Positions 12,704 to 25,732 of a stretch of 64,000 nt of DNA are shown here, piece after piece. The notes beneath the pieces are model-generated. The model worked only from the letters and a program-made list of their open reading frames with translations. It did not search any database and had not been told where the DNA came from. Source of the stretch: Camelus ferus. Its lineage: Eukaryota. The stretch covers positions 95,978,001 to 96,042,000 of the forward strand of contig NC_045696.1 in the NCBI RefSeq assembly GCF_009834535.1, in the 5' to 3' direction. The first letter of the stretch is position 1; each line of letters begins with the position of its first letter. Made by a program: the position numbers and the translations under genes.

Positions 12704-15700
12704 TATATATATGGGTATTACTGGAAGGATACAAAATTTTAAAGTAAAAGAAAAAATAAAACATAGGAAGGGAATCTTGTGGACTGAAGTTTAGGGTAAA
12801 GAAGAACTGATTATCATTTTATATCCTTTACTACTGTTAGAATTTTTTAAGTATTCAGATATTATTTCAACATGAAACAAAATTAAATCCGCAATGTGGG
12901 CTACAACAAAAATCATAACATTAATCTTTCAGCTTGCGTTGTCAGTATATTTCTTTCGCTAGGAGGTTTTTATTGAAAGAATGCAGATAGCAGCCAGCAG
13001 GCCCACTAGATCCAAGGCCTTGTGGTCGGGACTCTTCACCATTCACAATACAGTAGCACATCTGGGGAACTGGTCATCTCTTTCCCCTTCAGAAGTGAAC
13101 ATCCATTTGATCATGGTGAATGATCATTTTAATGTGCTATTAAATTCAATTTGCTAATATGTTGTTGAGGAGTTTTGCGTCTGTGTTCATCAGGGATATT
13201 AGTCTATAATGTTCATTTCTTTAAGTATCTTTGGTTTCAGGGTAATGCTGGTTATGAAAAATAAGTTTGAAGGTGTTCCCTTCTTTTCAACTTTTTGGAA
13301 AACTATGAGAACTAATAACAGTAATTCTTTAAATATTTGGTAGAATTCCTTCTGGTACTAGGCTTTTGTGTGTTGAGAGTTTTTTGAGTACTGACTCAAT
13401 CTCTTTACTCGTTATAGGTCTGTTTAGATTTTCTACTTACTCATGATGCAGTCTTGATATGTCACATGTCTAGGAATTTATCCACTTTTTCCTAGCTTAT
13501 CCAGTTTGTTGGCATATAATTTTTCATAGTAGTCTCTCATGATCCTTTGTACTACTGTAGTGTCAGTTGTAATGGCTCCTCTTTTCATTTTTGATTTTAC
13601 TTCTTTTGGTCATCTGCTCTCTTAGTTAATCCACCTAATGACTTGACAATTTTGTTTATCTTTTCAAAGACCAGCACTTAGTTTTGTTGATTTCTGCTAT
13701 TGTTTTTCTGGTCTCTTTTTCATTTATTTCTGCTTTAATCCTTGTTGTTTCCTTCCTTCTGCTAGCTTTGGGCTTAATTCTTTTTCTAGTTCTTTGAGGT
13801 GTAAAGTAAGGTTGTTTGGGATCTTTCCTGTTTCTTATTGTGAATATTTACCACTTACAACTTATTTTGCTGCATCCCATAGGTTTTGGTATGTTGTGCT
13901 TCCATTTTCTTTTGTTTCAACATGTTCCTGATTTTCCTTTTGTCTTCTTTCCTTGACTGGTTGTTCAGGAGCATTTTGTTCAATCACCACATATCTGTGA
14001 AGTTTCTACCTTTCTTCCTGTTACTGATTTCTAGTTTCATACTGTTGTTGGAAAAGATACTTGGTGTTATTTCAATCTTCTTAAATTTGTTAATACATTT
14101 TTTTTAATCTATTATGTGATCTATCCTGGAGAATATTCTGTGTGCCCTTGAAAAGAATGTGTATTCTGCTGCTATTGGATGGAATATTCTGTATATATCT
14201 GTCTGTTAGGTCCACTTTGTTTAAAGTGTCATTCAGATTCATTATTTCCTTATTTATTTTCTCTCTCGATGATCTGTCTGTTGCTGAAAGTTCCCTAAGA
14301 CCGTTGCATTGCTATTTCTCCCTTCAGATCTGTTAATGATTTAATATATTTAGGTGCTCCAACATTGGGTGTTCTGTATATTCACAATTGTAATATCCTT
14401 TTGATGAATTGACCCCTTTATCATTGTATAATGACCTTCTTTGTCTCTTGTTACAACTTTTTACTTAATCTATATTGTCTGATATAAATATAGCTATCCC
14501 AGTTCTCTTTTGATTTCCATTTGCTTGAAATAATTTTTTCCATCTATTCACTTTCACCCTGTGAATTTCTTTAATGCTTAGGTGAGTCTCTTGTAGGCAG
14601 CATATAGACAGGTCTTTTTTTATTCATTTGGCCACTCCGTGTCTTTTAATTGGCAAATTTAAATCATTTACATTTAAAGTAATTATTGATAGGTAAGGAC
14701 TTAACTATTGTCATTTTTTAATTGTTTTCTGATTGTTTTGTACTTCCTTTTTTTCTTTCTTACTGTCTTTGTGAGTTGATTTTTGTAGTGATTTGCTGTG
14801 ATAATTTCTTTATCATTTATGTATCTATTATAGATTTTTACTGTGTTTACCATATGAGTTTCATAATACATCTTATAGTTGTAACTGCCTATTTTAAGTT
14901 GATAACATAATTTAACAATTTAACAACTTTAATTGCATAAGAAAGTTCTACCCATTTACTAGCCCCTCTATAATTTATGTTGATGTCTCAATTTGTATCT
15001 TTTTGTATTGTATATCTGTTAACATCATTTTATAGTTATAGTTATTTTCAACACTTTTGTCCCTATGTTCTAGATTTCAAGGAAATTTACACACCACTGT
15101 GCAATATTAGATTATTTTGAATTTGATGATACATTTACCTTTACCAGTGAATTTTATACTTTCATATGTTTTCATGTTCCTAATGTGTCCTTTTGTTTCA
15201 GCTTGAAGAACTTCCTTTAGCATTTCTTATAGGGCAGGCCTAGTAGTGATAAAGTGTCTCAGTTTTTGTTTGGGAAAGTCTTATTTCTTCTTCATTACTG
15301 AATGACAGCTTTGCTGAGTTAACTATTCTTGGTTGGCTTTTTTTTTTTTTTCTTTGAAAACTTTGAATATATCATCCCACTCTCTCCTGGCCTGTAAGGT
15401 TTTTGCTGAGAAATCTGCTGATAGCTTTATCAGGATTCATTTGTATGTAATGATTCTTTTTTTCTCTTGCTGCTTTCAGGATTCTCTCTTTGTCTTTGAT
15501 TTTTGACAACTTGATTATAATGTGTCTCAGTGAAGATCTCTTTGGGTTGAATCTGTTTGGGGATCTTTGAGCTTCCTGTACTTGGATGGCCATATCTCTC
15601 CTCAGATTTGGGAATTTTTCAGTCATTATTTTTTTAAATAGATTTCTGTCCCTTTCTCCCTCTCTTCTCCTTCTGGGACTCCCACAATGTGAATATTGTT

Positions 15701-16840
15701 TCTTTTGATCATGTCCCACAGTTCACGTAAGCTTTTTTACTCTTTTTTGTTCTGATTTCTTTATTTTCCTCTGATTGATTAATATCAAGAGATCTGTCTT
15801 CAAGGTCACAGATTCTTTCTTCTACTTGATTGAGCCAACTGTTGAAGCTATCTGTTGCATTTTTCATTTTATTCATTGTATTATTCATCTCCAGAATTTG
15901 TTTGATTCTTTTTTATGATTTCTATTTTTGTTCAAGTTCTTATTTTGTTCATGTTTCCTAAGTTCATTGTTTGTCTGTGTTCTGTTCAATCTCACTGAGC
16001 TTCCTTTAAATAATTATTTTGAATTCTTTTTCAAATAACTATCTCCATTTTGGGAGATTGGTTATTGAAATATTATTGTGTATATTACCTTGCTCATGTT
16101 TCTGATGGATTTGCACTGATGTCTGTGCATTTGAGGGAATACTCAATGATCTCCTACTTTTTTCAGATTGGCTTTAGAGCCAGGGTCCTAGGATCAGGTG
16201 CACATGGAACTACCACAGCACCTGGATCGTGGGGTGTAGGTGCATTTGCTGTAGCTGTAGCATTGGTGTCTAGGGTATGGCTATATGCAGATATTCCATG
16301 GAACTGATACCTCGGTCTCAGGGGCTCACTGCTGTGACTCCAGCTGACAGGTGTGGATGGGAGGAGGCAGGGATGCAGCAGTGGCACAGGCCCTGAGATG
16401 AAAAGGTGTAGAAGTGTCTTGGACCCAAGGGACAGGGTGCAATAGTAGCACATCATGAGGATGGTGGGTCAAAGCCTCAACTCTGGGTCCAGAGTTAGTC
16501 ACAGGATAGCAGCAGCATGACTCTGGTGGTGGTCTGTTAATGCCACATGTTGGCACCTGGGGAAATGGGCTCAAAGCAGTGGCAGCACAGCCCTGATAAC
16601 AACTGGTCAGAGCTTTGACCTGGGTGCTGGTGGGTGGAGTTCAGGGCAGTGGCAGCACAGTCTCAGCACTGATGGATCAGAAGTATGATCTTTACCCTGG
16701 GGCAGGGCTCAGGGTAGCAGCAGTCAATCCTAGCAACGATGTACGAAAGCCACAACAGAGGTGGGGGGCAGGTGGGGCTCAGGGCAATGGTAGTAGTCCT
16801 GATAATGTGGCTCAGAACCATGATTAAGAACCCAGGAGGT

Positions 16841-19408
16841 TGCTCTTTGGATTGATCCTGTGTAGTGCTCTCTGCACTTCATGGGACTTGAGTAACTGTT
16901 TCCTTGACCAAGGGGAAGTTTTCAGTGATTATCTCTCCAAAAATTTTTTCAGGTCCTTTCTGTCTTCTCTATCTGGGACCGCTATAATGCGAATATTGGT
17001 GTGCTTCATGTTGTCCCAGAGTTCTCTTAAACTATCCTCATTTCTTTTCATTCTTTTTTCTGTTCTGTAGTGGTTATTTCCACTAATCTGTGTTTTAGCT
17101 CACTGATCCATTCTTCTGCCTCATTTAGTCTATTCTTGGTTCCTTCTAGTGTGTTACTCATTGCAGTAATTTTATTCTTCAACTCTTCAATTCTTTATAT
17201 TTTCCAACTCTTTGATAAAAACTTCACTCTGTGCATCTATACGCCTCTTGAGTTCTCTGAACATCTTGGCCATCATTACTTTAAACTCTTTCTCAGGGGG
17301 GAGCGTATAGCTCAGTGGTAGAGTGCATCTATAGCATGCACAAGGTCCTGGGTTCAATCTCTAGTACCTCCATTAAAATAAATAAACTCTTTCTCAGATA
17401 AATTGCCTATCTCCTCATCACTTATGTCTTCTTCTGGGATTTTATCTTATGCCTTGTCCTGGGAGATATTCCTTTGCCGCCTCATGCCATCTATCTTTCT
17501 GTGTGTTTGTGGATTCCTTCTACAGGCTTTGCCGGAACCCAGGCTGGGAAGCCTGACGTGGGGCTTAGAGCTCTCATTCCTGTGGGAGGGCCTCTGCGAC
17601 TTAACTGTTCTTCAGCTTGTGGGTCGCCAACAGGAGGGTATGGAGCCCAATTATATCGCGAGCACACCCCTCCTACCATCCTGCTGTGGTTCCCTCTTTA
17701 TGTTTCCAGTTGCAGAAGATCTTTTTGCTAGGTTCCAGTCTTTTTTCTCCGATGGTTGTTTAGCAGTTAGTTGTAGTTTTGTTATAGTCGTGAGGAGAGG
17801 CAAGTTGGTCCTACCACTCCACTATCTTGAGGCATATAGTCATCAAATTGACAAAAATTAAGGATAAGGAGAAAATATTAAAATTATCAAGAGAATAGCA
17901 ACAAATATCAAGAGAATAGCAACAAATAGCATAAGGTTATCAGCTGATTTTTCAGCAGAAACTCTACAGGCCAGAAGGGAGTGGCAAGATATATTTAAAG
18001 TGATGAAGGGGGAAACTTACAACCAAGAGTACTCTATCCAGCAAGACTCTTGTTCAGACTTGATGGAGAAATCAAAAGCTTCACAGATAAACAAAAGCTA
18101 AAAGATTTCAGCACCACTAAGCCAGCTTTACAACAAATGTTAAAGGACCTTCTCTAGTCATCAAACCATAAGAAAAGAGAACAAAAAGAAGACAGGAAGA
18201 AAAAAAAAAAAAAAAAAACCACCTACAAAAGATTGCTTTGGTAGTTTGGGATTTTTTTGTGGTTCCTTATAAATTTTGGAATTGTTTGTTCTAGTTCTGT
18301 GAGGAATGTCTTGAGTATTTTGAGGTTGCGTTGGATCTGTGGATTGCTTTGGGTAGTGTGGCCATTTTGATAGTGTTAATTCTTCCAATCCAAGAGTACA
18401 AGAAATCTTTCCATTTCTTTGTGTCATTTCGGTTTTCAGAGTATAGGTAACCTTGGTTAAGTTTATTTCTAGGTATTTTGATGTTTTTGATGTAATGGAA
18501 ATGTTTATGCTGGTTATAAAATTCTGGTTTTTGAAGTGAAAAAAAAAAGTGACCGAAGGGCTGCAAATGGCAAAATATCCTTCTTTCTTATGTGTGAGTT
18601 GTATTCCATTGCATATGTATATGCTGCATCTTCATTTTCTATTCAACTATTGATGTGCAGTTAGGATTCTTTCATATCTTGGCAATTATAAATAATGTTG
18701 CTGTTAATAGCAGGGTGTATGTATCTTTTTGAGTTAATTCTTATTTTATGGTTGGCTTTATGCCTTTGTAACTGTGTAAGTTTAAAAAGCTAAAACTCTA
18801 AATAGTCTTAGAAACAATGGACAGTACATATATGTAAATTTAAAAGTATATGTGCAGTAAAAAAAAAAAGAAGTGAGCTATCAAGCCATGAAAGACATGG
18901 GAGAAACTTAAAAAATATATTACTAAATGAAGGAAGCTAGTCTGGAAAAGTTATAAACTGTGATTCCAACCAAGTGACATTCTGGAAAAGGCACAGCTAC
19001 AGAAACAATAAAAAGACCATGGTTTCCAGGAGTTTGGGGAGAGAGAGGGAGGGAGAAATGAATAGATGAAGCACAAGGGATTTTTAGGGCAATGAAATTA
19101 TTCTGTGTGATATTACGGTGGTGGCTACATGTCATTATGCGTTTTGTCAAAACCCATAGAATGTACAACATCAAGAGTGAATCGTAATGTAAACTATAGA
19201 CTTTGGTTGATAATAATGTGTCCATATTGGTCCATTGGTTGTACCAAATATGCCACACTGATGAGGGATGTTGAGGGTAGGGGAGTATATGTGTGGGTGG
19301 GGAGGGCTGTGTGCAAACTCTGTATTGTCTGCTTAATTCTGCTGTAAACCTGAAACTGCTCAAAAAAAATAAAGTCTATAAAAAAAGTTGATAGCAACAA
19401 CAACAAAA
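16841..19408 (+). mobile_element. Composite retroposed insertion: 5'-inverted L1 5'UTR/ORF1 plus heterogeneous 3' sequence
   Basis: Perfect 15-bp TSD AAGAACCCAGGAGGT at 16826-16840 and 19409-19423; A-rich tail precedes the right copy. Confidence 0.8.
17297..17382 (+). mobile_element. tRNA-Ala(AGC)-derived SINE (camelid vic-1-like)
   Basis: GTATAGCTCAGTGGTAGAG...TAGCATGCACAAGGTCCTGGGTTCAATCTCTAGTACCTCCA plus A-rich tail. Perfect 15-bp TSD TAAACTCTTTCTCAG at 17282-17296 and 17383-17397. Confidence 0.88.
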
Positions 19409-20216
19409 AAGAACCCAGGAGGTGAGGCATAGGGCAGCAGCAGCCCAGTCTCAGTAATGATGGTTCAGTCTTGACCTGGGATAGGGGAGTGGGTCTCAGG
19501 GCAGCATCAGCACCTCTGGCAATGGCCATTCCGAGTTACAGCCTGGAACCCTATGGGTGGGACTCAGGGTGGAGGGAGCATAATGACAGCCAAAGCATGA
19601 CTTGGGATGCTGGGGTCATGGCTCGGCAGTAGAAGTTGGTAATGTTGGAACAGAGCCCTGACCTGGGGTCATGGGTGGGCACTGAGCAGTGGCAGCTCTG
19701 GTCCTATATATGGTCAGATGCTGTGGCACCTTATCCCTGAGCGTGGGGGCACAGCAGCAACTGGGGTACCTGAAGGCAAGTCTTACCTCAGCAACAGATC
19801 TAGTCTCTGGGAGCAGATGCAGAGGCAGGCACTCCTGGCTATTCTGTTAGCTGGGCTCCGCATCCATGAGGAATGGGGGAGACTTTGGTAGTGAAAGCTG
19901 CAGTCGTCCCCAGTGGTGAAGGTTGCAGGGTTCTCCTGCTTTCCTTCTCCCTGCATGATGAACTTCCTCTGAGGGGATTCCTCCTAGAGCCCAGCAACTC
20001 CCCACTGGAGGATGGAATGACACAGGCAAGACATTTCCTGTACTTTTCTATGTGACCATCCTTAATTTTTGAGCTCTGCAGAGTTTTTGCTGCTACTTTA
20101 ATATAGTCTAGAAATCTCCCTGAGCGGTTTGCTTCAATTTTTGTTGTTTTATTTATTCTTGTTGTTTTATGGGGGAGATGAGTGTTGGCACCTCTAGCCC
20201 TCCATTTTGCTGACAT

Positions 20217-21252
20217 GCAGACATTATCTCTTCAAATATTATACCTGCCTTAGTCTCTGTCTCTGGAACTTCTGGAATTCTGATTAAGCATGTTAGACCT
20301 TCTCATTCCCGAAACCATGTCACAGATTCTCTTTTCTGTTTCTTTCCACCTTTTTGTCTCTCTCTGCTGTGTTCTGCGTAATTTCTTCTAATCCCCCAGT
20401 ATACTAATTCTTTGTGTCCAATCTACTCATAGAATTCTTCATTTTTATATATTTTTTTTTATTTCTAGGGGTTTGTGGATCACTTTCAAATCTGTCACTT
20501 TGTATTGCTTGTTGTTCCTGCAGATACCTTTTTTGCTTTGAAGATAATAATAATCAGTGTAACTGTGGTTTGTTTATTGTCCGTGACTGGTGTCTTTTAC
20601 ATCGGAAGCCCTGGGGGGGTCTGCTGCTATTGATTCTGCTGTTTTCACTCCTGGTATGTTACTTCCTACTAAGTTTGATTATCTTTGACTGTATACTGTT
20701 CATTGTACTTGAAAACTTGTTTAAGGAATATTTTGGGGCTTAAGATAAAGGCTTCTTTCTCTAGAGAGGATTTGCCTTTGTTTCTGTGCTGCCAACTTGG
20801 ACCCCTTATTTCACGTTCAGGGCTTGAAATTCATTCCCTTGTGACGTGATCTCAGGCTGCAAGGGCCTGTGAGGGCTTTTCTACTTCTGATTCACTCAAA
20901 GTGATGTTGGCGGTCCAGCTTATCTCAGCGACAGTCTGCTGTTAGATTCCTATTTCAATCAGACATGGGCATTTAATTTCTATCCCTCTCACTAAAGAGG
21001 CTTTCAAAATGAAAGGTCGCGTTTGCTAAGGTCACAAAAACCCTCAGCACAAAAGCAGTTCCCAGTTTTCCTTATCTCTCTAGGGTCCTATTTTTCTTTC
21101 AGTTTTTGGTCAGTCCTTCCTTACTGTATTGTCAGCTCTTCATATTTTTTTAAAAAAGGATTGTTTTTAATAACGTACTTGAGCTTGTTAGCTCTTTTCA
21201 GTAAGAGAGTTGATCTGAATCACTAAGCCTGCCAATACTGGAAACTGAAGTC
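20217..21252 (-). mobile_element. Very old L1M/HAL1-like 5' fragment
   Basis: T-rich antisense ORF1-like sequence ending gccaatactggaaactgaagtc; recall only. Confidence 0.4.
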
Positions 21253-22789
21253 TTCTTATTTCAAGCCTCAAAATATTTTAAAGCAATGAGAAAAATAATA
21301 ATACATATTAACTTCATGATATTGCTATTAAAATGGAGAATTGAGACATTAGATAAAACTACATTGAAATAAATACACTGTGTTCTAGATTTTTCTCTGA
21401 GATTTAGATGAAGACAGGAGGGAGGGAGGTAAGTTGGCAAAATCTGTAGGGACAGATAAACTGTTTTTAAGTGGAGTTGAGCTCCTGTGGATACTACGCC
21501 AAAATACTAGGCAAAGAGTGACTGAAAGACATGTTACTCCTTAGGTTTTTCTCTCTACCCACCTTCTCTTATGCTTGAATCCATGACTTTCTCTAACCTC
21601 CTAGATAATTAGTATTTTTTAGCTAAAGAATTTTCTTACAATGTTAATTTTTCTCCTGAATTTGTTTTTTGTTATGGCTATGAAAAACCTTCTGGCCAAG
21701 TCATCAATTCTACATACTCACACAACGAAAAATGTAATGATAAAACTAGTTGTTTTATGCTTCACAGGTTAAAAAAAAAAAAATTCCTGAACTTTTGGTT
21801 CCGTGAGACATGGCCATGGAGAGTCGTGTTATAGGAACACTTAGGCAAGGCAGACAGCCATACATGTGGTCACATGGCAGGATAACATGCTGTGCAGCGG
21901 AGGATCTGTTGCATAATTTCCCCTTCTCTTAGCAGTTTTTAGATCCAAAAAGAATGATGAATCCAATCTGGGACACTCTGACTTAAACTAGAGAACTGAA
22001 GAGAAATATGTTGAGAAATCAGTGCTGAGCTGTTATCACTTATGGTGTAACTTTATTGGCAAGAGAAAAGAGCTCATTGGCTATTTTTCTTTATCCAAAA
22101 ACAAGGTGAAAATTATATTGAAAAGTTCAGGGAACTAGAAGTTTGTGAATCTATACTTTTCAGATATTTTTTTACCTACACAACCCTCGATGTTCCTAAG
22201 AGGCCTTGCTGAGACACAGATCTATTGGTTGTCATTTTGTGTTTGTTTTTCTAAACTTCCATCTCTCTACATTCTACACATTTTTGTCAAACAACTAACT
22301 CAACATTTCTCAGACTAAGAGGTCTGCAGACACTGTCATAACATTCTTGGATTTTGAATTTGAGGAATACACCATTTCCTGGTGATTAACTTATTGACAG
22401 TGGTTCCTTGTACCATTATTGTGAACCATTAAAAAAAAAGTCTTCTGCATACCAAGCATTATACTAAGTGCATTATTTTCAATATCTCTAATCCCAGGAA
22501 GTAGGTATTATGAAGATCCCTATTTTATAGATGGAGAAAAAAAAAAGGTTCAGAGAGGCTAATAGAGGTGTTTAAGCTCATAAATGAGATGGAGTTCAAA
22601 TCCTAGTCTATATCACAGAAGTGCAGATGACAGAGAGTCTTGGTGCAAAACTAAGAAGAAACAAAAGAAGGGAAAAAAGTGCTCAAACTGCCTTATAGGT
22701 CATCTCCATGGCTGTCAGCAGCCCTTGCATTTCTGGACAGGGATCTTTTATTTTAACCACAGGCTTGTGATCAGGTCAGCTCTTGCTAC

Positions 22790-23150
22790 TATAGTGGTGT
22801 ATTGTATTCTTGCTCAAACTATCCATTCCCCTTTGTGAGGTGCCCTTCTCCATGGGAAGATTATATATCCATGCTTTCTTGAAATCAGCTTGGCCACGTG
22901 ACTTGTCTTGACCAGTGATATATGAACAAAAGTGACTTAGAACATTTAAGAAGCAACTCAGGATTTGCTGTGATGTCTTCTAATCACTGCCTTGAGTCTG
23001 GCAACAACCATGCTAGGGGCTGCTCCTTAAGGCTGAGTGCAGGGTAAAGATGACGGGGAGTATACCTGCAGCGTGTGATGGACAAGGAATGGTGGTGAGA
23101 AAGAATTCTCTGTTGAAACCACAAAGCTTTGGAGTCATTTGTTATCATTG
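22790..23150 (+). mobile_element. MLT1-like MaLR LTR relic
   Basis: ggccacgtgacttgtcttgaccagtg and terminal tgttgaaaccac...ttggagtcatttgttatc motifs. Confidence 0.45.
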
Positions 23151-23539
23151 CTTTTGCTTTTGTGAGTCTTGATTCGTTCATCTGTGAAAATGGACGATAA
23201 TACCCATTTGTAGATATTGTGAGCATTGGGAGAACCATCTAAGGAAATGGATTTAAAGAGCTAGACACATTAGCATGTGCAATACCTGGTAGTTATTGTT
23301 CCCCACTCTAGTGTTGACTCCTATATTTGTCTGAACAAGTAATCAGATGTATCTGACCTATCTTATTTCTGGGGTGGACTGCCATCTAACAACATTAACA
23401 TACCATCCGCATGTAAAACTTAGCAGCAAAACGTAATTTCTTTGCAAGTCAAAATAATGAGAGCAAAATACATTAGTTCATTCCTCAAACATTAATAACC
23501 ATCTGTCATGTATCAGGCACTGTGTTTAGTGCTTGGGGG

Positions 23540-23541
<2 letters not shown>

Positions 23542-23584
<43 letters not shown>
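23542..23584. repeat. (AC)~21 microsatellite
   Basis: Uninterrupted AC run. Confidence 0.97.
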
Positions 23585-23586
<2 letters not shown>

Positions 23587-25664
23587 TTCAGTCTTTTTTC
23601 CTAAATGGCAGATAATCTAGTGGATTTACTATACTTTGATGGTGAGTTAAAGCTTTACAGACTGAGGGATAAACTAGGAGCTGGGATTACTTGTTTTATT
23701 TAATACAGTTTATTACCTTCTAGAAGAATAATTCTAACCATCAAGGTAGTATTCCTAAGCAGATACCTGATTGGGTCTGCTACAATGGATAAATAGAATT
23801 TATTAGTAATTAATAAAAGCATTGATATTAAATAATCATGCCAATATTTTTAAATAATCATTTTCAAAAAGATAATCTATTTCACATCTTATTTACACAA
23901 CAGATTTCTGCTATTCAAGGTGAAAAGGTTCAACTTCATTCCAACCCAAATCTAAGGTCACCAAGTTCCTCACCACTAAATTAGGAACTGATTGTAACTT
24001 GCTATATAGCATGACAGTGAGCACACGTATCAAGTCCTTAGATGTACATTTTTTTGCCTAGAGGTTTCACGTTTTATTCTTTGATTTTCACAGCTCAGAC
24101 ACATCATAAAGTGCATTTCCATCCCATCAGAAGCCATAGACTTGGAGGGAGTGAGGCACTGGAAACCACTGTGTGAGCTGAACAACTTGGGTTCAGTATG
24201 CAGAGGTAAGAGCATCGTCAGTGAGACTTGGGAGTACAGCATCCCATCTCTATGACTTTCAATGGACCAAAAATTATTTATTAAAATAAAAATACTAAGT
24301 AGGCCTCTACTATAAGCACAACACCCTGGTTTGTTGAGAGCTTATAGAGAGTGCCAGAGATAATGAAGGCAGTCTCTGACCTCAGAGAACTCAGCCAACT
24401 GCTCTCAGAGCAGAAACTCTATTGTAATCATTAGCTATTATTACTGAGAACTGGGTGGGAAGAAGCGAACTCAGTTCTCTGGATCCTTGGAAAGATTTAC
24501 TGTGTATTGCCACGTGCTTTCTATTGCAGAAAACAAAACACACAGTTCCCTGCCAGGGGCAAACTGACATCAACCTAATTAAGTATTCTAAGTGTGTGCT
24601 TTTGCTCAATTCCCTGTCAGCATTACCTTTTAGCAAAAGATCTACTGCAAGCACTGGCAAGTTTTCAAGTCAAATGAAGTGAAGGAATTGTTTTGGGTGT
24701 AATGCTTTTGCTGCCAGACTCTTGTCAACAAGATTAATAATTCAAGTGACATACATAACCAGAGGAATTGTGTGCTTTCTCTCATTTGAACAAATGTTTA
24801 ACTAATTATGTGCAGGAAAGCCTGTGCAAAAGTAAAATGCATCAATTGCTACCACTTTAAAATGTAAATGCATCCTTTGGCTCCCTTTGTACGTGAAGGA
24901 ATTTTGAAAATAAACATTTAAGTTAAACATCTCTCTAAATAAAGTCCTACTAAAAACAAATAAAATATGAGCAAAAATGTCCATTTTAGTAGCCCATTCC
25001 CGAACCAACATTAACCTCTTTCGAGTGAAATGGAGCTGTTGGGATTGAAATAGTCATGATGTTCAGGTCTAGGTAGACTTTCTGAAAATATACATAGGCG
25101 ATGGTTGTAAAGTATTTGGTCTATCATGGGAAAAAGTTCCACCTCATTTTCCCCTGCCGTGACCTCTTTATTCCATTTCTGAACCAGCTATCTGCTTTTT
25201 AGCTCATTTCCCATCAAAACTTAAAATGTGTCTGAATTTTTAATTTGGCTGGTTAGTTTTATATCTTAATCAGTTAGATATACACTAAATATTGTGTGGC
25301 TATTGTGTACTTGACTTCAGAGCTGCTTATGAGCTGTATGGCCTTCAAATACATCTACCTTACTGGAAGCACGCATACAAGCCAACAGGAGCATGTGCTC
25401 TCATTCAGGGGCAAAAATGGCTTCTAGAGAGTCATATATTCAAAGTATTTCATCAGTTCTTTCCTACCATGGCATCATGTAGATCTTGACACAGGCATCA
25501 GACTAAAACTTAATCATAGGCCAATACTGGCCAGTGCTATTAGAGATATAAGCAAATACACTAATCATCAAATCTCAACACAAAGAAACTTTAAGATCAG
25601 AAGTAGAAGATGAAACTTTGGCCCTATTCAGCCTAGTATAGATATGGTAGGAAGTGGGAAAAAA

Positions 25665-25732
25665 ATATATATATATACACACACATACACACACACACAC
25701 ACATATACACATGTACATACATGTACACACAC
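25665..25732. repeat. Compound (TA)n/(CA)n microsatellite
   Basis: Visible directly in the sequence. Confidence 0.9.

Larger units (their letters stand above)
13105..20216 (-). mobile_element. Old LINE-1 5' half (5' part of ORF2, ORF1, GC-rich repetitive 5'UTR), interrupted at 16841-19408
   Basis: Minus-strand ORF1 remnant IMTEKFPNLRRDMAIQVQEAQRSPNRFNPKRSSLRHIIIKLSKIKDKERILKAAREK (15372-15719). GC-rich degenerate repeats at 16170-16840 resume at 19424. Confidence 0.85.

Noticed and set aside
17297..17372. Functional tRNA-Ala gene
   Set aside because: The anticodon stem is disrupted (GCATCTATAGCATGCAC), there are extra 5' bases, and an A tail and TSD are present, so it is a retroposed SINE.
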